Of a DNA stretch of 64,000 bases, positions 56,800 through 64,000 are shown piece by piece. The DNA comes from an uncultured virus (IMG/VR IMGVR_UViG_3300044623_000338) (Duplodnaviria > Heunggongvirae > Uroviricota > Caudoviricetes). The notes under the pieces were generated by a model. The model searched no databases, had not been told where the DNA came from, and saw only the letters and a list, made by a program, of their open reading frames with translations. How positions within the stretch are numbered: the stretch's first letter is position 1; each line of letters opens with the position of its first letter. A program made the position numbers and the translations under genes. The stretch lies in the IMG/VR virus record IMGVR_UViG_3300044623_000338. One strand, written 5' to 3'.

Positions 56800-57478
56800 T
56801 GTATCTCCCGTTATGTATACACCGTGTAGCTTGGCACCACTGACGGCACAAGCCATTAGGCTTAGTATTAAAGATACCTGTTTCGTAAGCTACCTCACGC
56901 TGAGTGAGGACTTCTTTTAGCTTGTCAAATATCTCGAATCGTTTATCATACGTGTACTCAGCTTTTATTATCTCTTTCGACACTACAAACAGTAGCATCC
57001 CTTTAATAACTTTAAGGGCTGGGTATTTCAAGAACACCGCCGCAGCTAGTAGTGCAAGCTGCTTAGGGTCTGCATACTTGGCAGACTTACCTGTCTTATA
57101 GTCCACAATATACGCCTTACCTGCCGCCTCGTCTACAATAACTAAATCCGCAATTCCCCGCCAGTACCTATCCTCTGCCTCAAACTCGCACAGTGCGTAC
57201 TCTCCATCTTCTAACTTAATACCCAGTTCAAGCTCACAGAACTTATCGCCATTGATATTATTTAATGTATCAAGGTAGCTCTTAATATAGTTGTACTTCT
57301 CAGGCAACGGGGTGCTTGATCCTATATAGTGTTCTGCCGCCGAATGGACATCCTTACCATACAGTGTGGCATCTGTATCAGTAAAAGGAACGTACTTTAA
57401 AACCTTATGGGCTTCGTATTGTTTTGGGCAAGTGATAAACTGGCTCAGTGAACTGTATGAGAAGCTAGGTGTTTTCAT
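56786..57478 (-). CDS. PD-(D/E)XK exonuclease (Cas4/RecB-like)
   Basis: SYSSL..F.TCP, G..VH, RGIADL, VDYKTGK, QL, C..C...C. Confidence 0.88.
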   Translation of the reverse strand: MKTPSFSYSSLSQFITCPKQYEAHKVLKYVPFTDTDATLYGKDVHSAAEHYIGSSTPLPEKYNYIKSYLDTLNNINGDKFCELELGIKLEDGEYALCEFEAEDRYWRGIADLVIVDEAAGKAYIVDYKTGKSAKYADPKQLALLAAAVFLKYPALKVIKGMLLFVVSKEIIKAEYTYDKRFEIFDKLKEVLTQREVAYETGIFNTKPNGLCRQWCQATRCIHNGRYNGDK

Positions 57479-57621
57479 CGTTGGTGTTTAATTATGTTAT
57501 CGCCCCAAAGCTCGGACTCTTTATAACACTCAGTGCATATCTTTAAGTTAAGCGAATAGTATTGTCGGAACCTTGAGCACTTATGTGGAGGACAGAACCA
57601 TCTCTTAAATAGTTTTCTCAT
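57475..57621 (-). CDS. Small Cys-containing hypothetical protein (48 aa)
   Basis: Read manually: MRKLFKRWFCPPHKC...ICTEC; ATGA overlaps at both ends. Confidence 0.55.
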   Translation of the reverse strand: MRKLFKRWFCPPHKCSRFRQYYSLNLKICTECYKESELWGDNIIKHQR

Positions 57622-57956
57622 TTCTGTTGCACCTCTATTAGTTTAGCTATGTAATGAGCCGCCTTCCCTGCATCTTGAGAGTGCTCTTTCTTACCGTCTC
57701 TCATTGAGTATTTAATAATGTTCCCTTTAAGAAAACCTACAAACTCTTCATAAGTTAATATAGATTCCATTACTGTCCAAGGTTGTATTGACATATCTTT
57801 ATAGTGATCCCCACCAACCTGCATGTTGTCTACACTACTCTTTGCTTTCCATAAGGGTTTCACAGTTGTCTCTTCGGTAATCATTTTATAATCCTCATAT
57901 TGTTTAGGGTAGCACCAAAGGTTTATAGGGGGGAATATGAAGTCAGCCCATTTCAT
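57618..57956 (-). CDS. DUF3310 (SaV-like) protein
   Basis: QVGGDHYK...GFLKGNIIKY..R.GKK...D..KA.HY; alternative start at 57884. Confidence 0.85.
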   Translation of the reverse strand: MKWADFIFPPINLWCYPKQYEDYKMITEETTVKPLWKAKSSVDNMQVGGDHYKDMSIQPWTVMESILTYEEFVGFLKGNIIKYSMRDGKKEHSQDAGKAAHYIAKLIEVQQK

Positions 57957-58106
57957 TTTTTAAAGTTTTTTCTTTTTCGTATAGCTCTACTACTTGTTCG
58001 TATTCTTCCTCCGTTAATATCATCCTAAGCACGTTTAGTCGTGTTTGCTCAGATAAAGTAACAAATTTTGGAAACGCTTTCATGTACACATTTTCTTCTC
58101 TACCCA

Positions 58107-58304
58107 TCACCATCCACTCCTCTCTGCGCTTTCAGTACATTCTTTACTACACCACCGCCTACCATCTGTTATAGGGGCGTCACATTCCCAGCATTGCCCC
58201 GACTGATTAGGAAAGATGTCTAATTTAGCACCTTTTGCCATCTCTATCTGCTTGTCTAGTATAAGCTGGGCTTGGTCGTTGGCTTTATCTGCAATGTCAG
58301 CCAT
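58107..58304 (-). CDS. DksA/TraR-like C4 zinc-finger protein
   Basis: MADIADKAND...CWEC...RRWCSKEC. Confidence 0.75.
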   Translation of the reverse strand: MADIADKANDQAQLILDKQIEMAKGAKLDIFPNQSGQCWECDAPITDGRRWCSKECTESAERSGW

Positions 58305-58369
58305 ATCTTTCTCTTGCTTTAAAAGGGTTCTTTTTCTTACGGTTCTTGTTCGATTGTTTAAGTGCCATC

Positions 58370-60199
58370 TTATCCTGCATCTTTTAAGCTTCTACCATAC
58401 CCACCTTCAGCCGCTAGTGGTATACCGGGCATCCATGAGGGAACCTTAGTCATCTCTTCTATTAAAAAGTCTAAGGCTTCCTGTGCCTCAGCTTCAGGAG
58501 CAAGGATATATAGAGCATCATGAATAGTAAGTACGATAGGATACCGCTTATTCACTCTAACCATTGCTTCTGACATAATGCATCGGGCTGTGCCCTGCAC
58601 TAGATTGTTTGTTAATTTACCGCCGTATAGTCTATCATAGCCATTGCGTAGTTTGTACTTATATCCTTGCTCTCCTGTCTTCTCATCTATAACATTAGCA
58701 AGTTGTGGATACTGCATGTACATACCTGATGGGAACCTAATGCCTTTAGTACCCTCTACTACATACAAGTTCCCAGTGCCAAACGTGTACTCCCCGTTCT
58801 CTGCTATAGTTTTAATAGCAGTAGTACATAACTTCCATAGATTAGTAACGCCTGTGTAAGTGGCTCTGTATAGGTCAACGATCCGCTTAGACTCTACCTC
58901 GCCTAAGTCTACCCCCGAAAGAGTTTTTATTGCCAGCCTTAGCTTGGTAGCCCCCACCCCAAATATTAATGATAGCTGCGATTGCTTACCTATAAACCTT
59001 TGTTCTTTAGTAACCTCATCATAGGGAACATCAAAGGCTTTACTAGCAAACTCTTTATATAAATCCCCACCCTCACCTAATAACCTTAGTGCTTCTGTCT
59101 CACCAGCTACCCACATACCCACACGTAGTTCTATGTTTGATAAGTCAGCACCTACTATTAGATAGCCTTCAGGGGCTATGATCGCTTCTTTAATCATGCT
59201 TCCCCTAGGTAGGTTCTGGAAGTTCACCTTCTGCCCACCACCCGCAGACCATCTACCTGTAGCCGCACCATAGTAGTTAAGGGGGATAGGTAGCCTACCC
59301 ATACGATTTGCAATGCCTATAAACCGCTCAGTGCGTGTCTCTTCTATAGTAGACTTAACTCCTAACCTAGCGGCAACCAATGCTTGTACTACTAAGTTAG
59401 GGTGTTCAAGTAAGTCCTTCAGCCCATCATCCGTCTTAGCAAACGCATAGGTCATCTTACCTGTCCTAAGAGATAACTTCATTGGCACATCTACCCCATA
59501 GTATTCTAACAACTTAGCGAACTTAGGGTTACTCATAATCTCAGACTTATCAGCAGATACTTGTTCTAGTATAAACTCCTTGGCTCTCTTCACTTCATAC
59601 AAGTGGCTCTCCAGTATAGCCATATCTACCATCAACCTAGGCACAACACCCATCTTAATGGTCATATCTATTAGGCTTAACTCAGTGGCGTTGTAATGGG
59701 CTATAAGCTTTTGGAATAAGGCATAGGTTAACTCAGTATCATTAATACAATACTCTCCATACTTAGCTAACTCAGCCGCAGTAAAGTCTTTTAAGTGCTT
59801 ACCCAATGCATCTACTACCTCAGTACCTTTCTCTCCTAGCTCATAATGTGTCGCTAGTTTAGCTAGGCTCCCCCCTACCGATATACCATGTATAGCTCTA
59901 GCCATAGATAGAGTGTCGATATATCTAGCAGGGTAAATGTTAAACGCAAGAGACAAGATGCTGGCATCAAAGAAACAGTTGTGTGCTATCAGGGTAATGT
60001 TCTTCCAATTAAATTGATTAAGCGTTTCAGCTATCTCTAATTGACTGCCTGTGTACCACGCCGTTGGTGTATCCCCTAACTTAATAGACAGTCCAATAAC
60101 TTCAAACTCATCACCATTTATATACTCTTCTGTAGTAAGTTTAGATAGGCTATATGATTTGGAATAGAAGCTCTCAAAATCTATCGACATTAGTTGCAT
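58370..60199 (-). CDS. polA: Family A DNA polymerase
   Basis: Exonuclease motifs DFES and AHN..FD; TGRWS, NFQNLPR, DLSNIELR (A), R..GK...L..IFG (B), TIHDAL (C). Confidence 0.95.
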   Translation of the reverse strand: MQLMSIDFESFYSKSYSLSKLTTEEYINGDEFEVIGLSIKLGDTPTAWYTGSQLEIAETLNQFNWKNITLIAHNCFFDASILSLAFNIYPARYIDTLSMARAIHGISVGGSLAKLATHYELGEKGTEVVDALGKHLKDFTAAELAKYGEYCINDTELTYALFQKLIAHYNATELSLIDMTIKMGVVPRLMVDMAILESHLYEVKRAKEFILEQVSADKSEIMSNPKFAKLLEYYGVDVPMKLSLRTGKMTYAFAKTDDGLKDLLEHPNLVVQALVAARLGVKSTIEETRTERFIGIANRMGRLPIPLNYYGAATGRWSAGGGQKVNFQNLPRGSMIKEAIIAPEGYLIVGADLSNIELRVGMWVAGETEALRLLGEGGDLYKEFASKAFDVPYDEVTKEQRFIGKQSQLSLIFGVGATKLRLAIKTLSGVDLGEVESKRIVDLYRATYTGVTNLWKLCTTAIKTIAENGEYTFGTGNLYVVEGTKGIRFPSGMYMQYPQLANVIDEKTGEQGYKYKLRNGYDRLYGGKLTNNLVQGTARCIMSEAMVRVNKRYPIVLTIHDALYILAPEAEAQEALDFLIEEMTKVPSWMPGIPLAAEGGYGRSLKDAG

Positions 60200-60619
60200 T
60201 ATCTACCCCTCAAACATAACTCTTTCATTCCTCACCTCCCAGTCTCTCGTTCATAGCTTTCAAATCCCTATCTATTTTGTTTACCTTTATCAAAATAGGG
60301 ACCATCCATATAAGAGCTACTATCTCTACTGCTAAAACTATTAGTGCAAGTGTCATTAACATACTCCTACATTTCCAAGGAAGTAATTAATTATTATTGT
60401 CATAATAACGCCAAAAAACAAAACAACCATATTAAACATAAATATTCCACCCATAAGCATGAGCCATTCTTTAATCATCGCCTTTCCCTTAATTCATTAC
60501 ATAAGTCTTCCCAGTTTGAAACTACATAACAAACAAGACCTACAACACCCATCACAACTATAAGTGTTATACAGCTAAGCAATACTAAAACCATTATCTC
60601 TATATAACTACACATCTCT

Positions 60620-61153
60620 TTACTCATCTTTAGCCCTCACTCTATAAAGTTTATCCCCGTACTCCAGTTTACCTAACCATAGTAACGGCATACCTTGTAC
60701 AGAATGACTAACGTCAAATCCAACTGAGCTATCTGCTACATAGGCAAAAGGCTCTTGCTCACTCAAAGGCTCACGTTTTGGTGGTGCGGCATATAAAGGT
60801 CTTAAGTTAAATGGTTGCTTTATCTCACCTTTAAATGGTTTTTCACTCCCACAATATGCTTGTGTTGACTCAAGGTCATTCTCGTACCACTCATACATCC
60901 AAGCCACAGGCTCTACCATATCGGTAACATCAACGATATGCTCTGGTTGGGCGAGGAGTTCTTTTAGTTCGTAAATAAAATGGGCAGGTATCCTAGACTC
61001 ACTATGGCTTGATATTCTTCTTAACAACTCTCTTTCCTCTTGCTCAGGTTTGTCGAGGAGTTCTTGTATGTCCCAATATAAGTCATAATGGGTTTCTTTT
61101 AGTCCGCGCAATACATCTCGTGCTCTTACTAATAACTCTCTTTCTTTACTCAT
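60620..61153 (-). CDS. MSKERELL/QPEQEPVAW family paralog 5
   Basis: Shares modules with its neighbours; internal duplication of the ERELL module. Confidence 0.75.
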   Translation of the reverse strand: MSKERELLVRARDVLRGLKETHYDLYWDIQELLDKPEQEERELLRRISSHSESRIPAHFIYELKELLAQPEHIVDVTDMVEPVAWMYEWYENDLESTQAYCGSEKPFKGEIKQPFNLRPLYAAPPKREPLSEQEPFAYVADSSVGFDVSHSVQGMPLLWLGKLEYGDKLYRVRAKDE

Positions 61154-61542
61154 CACTCACCTCCAATACCGTGTTGTTGCTCTGCCCATTTAACACCTTT
61201 TACAAAAGCTTCTCTTGTAACATTTAACATTGATTGATTACCTACGCTGATTTGCTGTGGTGTTAAAGGATTACGAGTTGGTGGTGCGGTGTAGAGTGGT
61301 CGAAGATTTCTCATACAATATTCTTCTTCTACAATAGGTGGATATTTTCCGTTCTTTACAGATGTCCATTCTTTGCCACCAATTTCTTCCCACTCGTACA
61401 TCCAAGCCACAGGCTCTTGCTCTTGCTCAGGTTGGGCGAAGAGTTCTTTTATCTCATTGCATAATGATAGAACTATCTTCCCCTCATACGCATCATCAAT
61501 TAATTGTAATGCACGTTCCAACAACTCTCTTTCTTTACTCAT
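61153..61542 (-). CDS. MSKERELL/QPEQEPVAW family paralog 4
   Basis: GGAGG RBS; MSKERELL...QPEQEQEPVAWMYEW...HGIGGE. Confidence 0.75.
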   Translation of the reverse strand: MSKERELLERALQLIDDAYEGKIVLSLCNEIKELFAQPEQEQEPVAWMYEWEEIGGKEWTSVKNGKYPPIVEEEYCMRNLRPLYTAPPTRNPLTPQQISVGNQSMLNVTREAFVKGVKWAEQQHGIGGE

Positions 61543-61831
61543 CGTCACCTCCAATACCGTGTGCTTTTTCTATTGCTCTTGCAAAGTTACGAACCATAAA
61601 AGTTTTACCAGAATGTTTATCACCCCACAAAATAGCAATTTCCTCATCACTCAAAGGCTCACGTTGTGAAGCTTTTTTACCTTGCTCATATCCCAGCCGA
61701 TGCCATCGCGCAATCCTATCCTCAACAGCCTCTTGCTCAGGTTGGGCGAGGAGTTCTTTTATTTCATCAACAAGCTCGCCTTCCCACATATAATCTACAA
61801 TTTTTCTAAGTATCTCTCTTTCTTTACTCAT
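61535..61831 (-). CDS. MSKERELL/QPEQEPVAW family paralog 3
   Basis: MSKEREIL...LLAQPEQE...REPLSDEEI...AIEKAHGIGG. Confidence 0.75.
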   Translation of the reverse strand: MSKEREILRKIVDYMWEGELVDEIKELLAQPEQEAVEDRIARWHRLGYEQGKKASQREPLSDEEIAILWGDKHSGKTFMVRNFARAIEKAHGIGGDDE

Positions 61832-62292
61832 CACTCACCTCCAATGCCGTGTGCTTTTTCTATTGCTCTTCCGATTTCAACAAAAGGTATTTCCCCTCTA
61901 ACTCCCTCCTTCCAGATAGCCCTCATTTCTTCATCACTCAAAGGTTCACGTTTTGGTGAACTTAAATATTTACCATCGTTAAATCCTTGATTGTACCCTT
62001 CTCGTAAAGCTTCTCGTAAATCATGGTTTTGTGGAACTGTGTAGAGTGGTATAAAATTTCTAGCTAAAAAATTAGCTTCAACATTAGGCTTATCTTTTCC
62101 CATATTTACATACTTACAGGTAGGTTGCCCTGTAGTCGTTGTATCCCATTCATACATCCAAGCCACAGGCTCTTGCTCAGGTTGGGTGAGTAGTACATCA
62201 TTAGCTTCTTTAAATAACGGGTTAAGGTTTGCACCTACATCAATCATAAAATCTAAACACCTTTTCAACAGCTCTCTTTCTTCACTCATCAT
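61831..62292 (-). CDS. MSKERELL/QPEQEPVAW family paralog 2
   Basis: MSEERELL...QPEQEPVAWMYEW...REPLSDEEM...AIEKAHGIGGE. Confidence 0.75.
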   Translation of the reverse strand: MMSEERELLKRCLDFMIDVGANLNPLFKEANDVLLTQPEQEPVAWMYEWDTTTTGQPTCKYVNMGKDKPNVEANFLARNFIPLYTVPQNHDLREALREGYNQGFNDGKYLSSPKREPLSDEEMRAIWKEGVRGEIPFVEIGRAIEKAHGIGGE

Positions 62293-62647
62293 CTACTCCA
62301 ATACCGTGTGCTTTTTCAGCCCACTTAACACCCTTTACAAAAGCCTCTCTTGTAACATTAAACATTGATTGATTACCCACGCTTATTTGCTGTGGTGTTA
62401 AAGGATTACGAGTTGGCGGTGCTAGGTACAAAGGAACATCAGTATTTTTAAGGCTTTCAGTATCGTTTGTTAAAAATCTTAATGCGTATCCTGTAGACTC
62501 TTGCAAGCTCTTTAGACTCCCATCATCAATCCAAGCCACAGGCTCTTGCTCAGGTTGTTCCAATAGTTCTTCAGCTTCACAACTTAGCTCGTAATCTAAC
62601 CATCTAGTTGCTAAAATCTTTTTCAGTAACTCTCTTTCTTTACTCAT
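62282..62647 (-). CDS. MSKERELL/QPEQEPVAW family paralog 1
   Basis: MSKERELL...QPEQEPVAWI...PLYLAPPTRNPLTPQQ...KAHGIG. Confidence 0.75.
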   Translation of the reverse strand: MSKERELLKKILATRWLDYELSCEAEELLEQPEQEPVAWIDDGSLKSLQESTGYALRFLTNDTESLKNTDVPLYLAPPTRNPLTPQQISVGNQSMFNVTREAFVKGVKWAEKAHGIGVDDE

Positions 62648-62850
62648 CACACACCCCACTCTATAAAGAAATCACAGTTAGTATCATCACCATTCAGTTC
62701 AATACTTGCATCCATAAACCATTTGTATGGGTCAGTACCATCTATCTCAATAGTTAAATACCGTTGGCATACGTTCTTCTTATCGCACATCGATCCTACA
62801 CACCTAGATGTGTCATTGTTTAAAGGTCTGCTCATTTGATGTAGTTTCAT
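62647..62850 (-). CDS. Small Cys-rich hypothetical protein
   Basis: D.SRC.G..C.....C.RY...C.FFI. Confidence 0.65.
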   Translation of the reverse strand: MKLHQMSRPLNNDTSRCVGSMCDKKNVCQRYLTIEIDGTDPYKWFMDASIELNGDDTNCDFFIEWGV

Positions 62851-63111
62851 TTCGCTCTCCAGTACATGCTATGTATTGCCTTAGTACACCTACGTATAGG
62901 TGGTATAACCTCAAATGTATATTTAGAATCATCTTTAAACTTACCGTCTCTCTTGGCTTCTAAGAACCATGCTATACGGCACCTCGGATTTATAACCCTC
63001 ATCACCTTCTCCTACTTAAAGTCACCACCGCATAGATAGGGAACAATAGAATGTTCACCGTTACCATCACCAGTACAAAGAACCAAATTAATATCAGCTC
63101 GAACACCTTCA

Positions 63112-63408
63112 TTACTTGTACCCCATACCTGATATAAAGTTTGTTAACTTATCTACGTTCTCTGCATTGATGCACACACCTACCCCACCGCTTGCTTTAA
63201 TCCTAGTCAGCTCACGTTCTTGTAGAGCTGTAGGTTGTAGGTTAGCCGCCTTACATTCAATGGCTAAGAACTCGCCACGAACACAGCATATTATATCTGG
63301 TATTGCTGATCTGCCATACCCATTAGCCGCTGGAAAGAAGTACCATACACCTGCATCTTCCAGTATCTTCTTAACCATAGCCTTTACTTCACCCTCTTTA
63401 GTTCTCAT
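63112..63408 (-). CDS. VRR-NUC domain nuclease
   Basis: EGEVK...GYGRSAIPDII...FLAIECKA...PTALQ...I..SGG. Confidence 0.88.
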   Translation of the reverse strand: MRTKEGEVKAMVKKILEDAGVWYFFPAANGYGRSAIPDIICCVRGEFLAIECKAANLQPTALQERELTRIKASGGVGVCINAENVDKLTNFISGMGYK

Positions 63409-63652
63409 CTACCTGCTCCCCATCTATCTCGTAATGATCCCCCACACGTGGTGGGTTCTCACCTGTTATCTTAAGCCAGTAGTCTAATAGAGCTACACCC
63501 TCTAACCACCCTGCTGGGGGGTTCTTTGTCTCTTGTTTCACACTACTTAGCGTACCTATAGCTGTGTCAGTCTGCCTAGCAATCTCTGACAAGCCACACC
63601 CTTTTGCATACAGCACTTTTATCATTAGTGCAAAGTCTAAGTCCCTAACCAT
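63398..63652 (-). CDS. HTH DNA-binding protein (Cro/CI-like)
   Basis: GCGLSEIARQTDTAIGTLSSVK. Confidence 0.6.
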   Translation of the reverse strand: MVRDLDFALMIKVLYAKGCGLSEIARQTDTAIGTLSSVKQETKNPPAGWLEGVALLDYWLKITGENPPRVGDHYEIDGEQVDEN

Positions 63653-64000
63653 ATACTTTACCTATACCTCTACGTTCTTTATCACAATGGGCTGTTACTT
63701 TCTTGTTCTTCCGCCTTAAAAGAATTGTCATGAGAGCATTGCCTGTTATTGTAAAACCTTTCTTCCTCTTCTTGCCTCGTGCATCTATATTATAAAACGC
63801 TAAGAGTTCTTTTACATACGGCACCCATTCATCAATAACCTTTTTCTCGTAAATGACAGTACCATCTAAGCGTATATACATGTGAGGAGGCATCTTGTAT
63901 GTCAACGTATCTCTAACCCTAATCAGTTGGGTACTAGTCACACCAATAAGTTTTGCTATATCTTTGAACGCATAAGCTTGTGCGTTGGCGTAGGGTACAG
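63645..64000 (-). CDS. Hypothetical protein, 5' end outside the window
   Basis: The frame stays open past the track start to the window end (..AYAFKDIAKLIGVTSTQLIR..). Confidence 0.6.
   Translation of the reverse strand, partial: VPYANAQAYAFKDIAKLIGVTSTQLIRVRDTLTYKMPPHMYIRLDGTVIYEKKVIDEWVPYVKELLAFYNIDARGKKRKKGFTITGNALMTILLRRKNKKVTAHCDKERRGIGKVYG

Noticed and set aside
56786..57478. Cas4 as part of a CRISPR-Cas system
   Set aside because: Lone PD-(D/E)XK nuclease in a replication module; no other cas genes or array
58370..60199. Modified-base (dZ) replication system
   Set aside because: No purZ or other base-modification genes recognised in the window
1..64000. tRNA/rRNA genes, integrase, or stop-codon reassignment
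   Set aside because: No cloverleaf or rRNA-like sequence noticed by eye; no recombinase ORF; TAA, TAG and TGA all end genes normally and coding density is high under the standard code

Overview
About 64 kb of an AT-rich tailed dsDNA phage genome (podovirus-like, with a Mu gpT-type capsid), probably most of the genome. The host is probably Gram-negative, given the Rz/Rz1 spanins and sigma70 promoters. The window has three blocks: (i) 1-7060, minus strand, small early genes behind repeated near-perfect sigma70 promoter/leader cassettes; (ii) 7300-49104, plus strand, morphogenesis genes (terminase, portal, GroES, scaffold, capsid, tail, three RCC1-repeat propellers plus a sulfotransferase-glycosyltransferase fusion, lysis, ejection proteins and a 2362-aa lytic transglycosylase/polyvalent protein); (iii) 49132-64000, minus strand, replication genes (primase-helicase, SSB-like, SNF2 helicase, exonuclease, PolA, VRR-NUC) and a mosaic five-gene paralog array. 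The top finding is a 333-aa intein in the terminase large subunit whose HNH endonuclease is not in the intein frame. The HNH is a separate 229-aa gene in another frame, with its own apparent promoter and RBS, while the intein frame stays stop-free across it. Other notable items are a 52-aa gene nested inside the giant virion gene, an embedded Rz1, a structured RNA downstream of the capsid gene, two palindrome families in the early region and a repeat-flanked domain cassette. All product calls come from motif recognition by eye; no searches were run.
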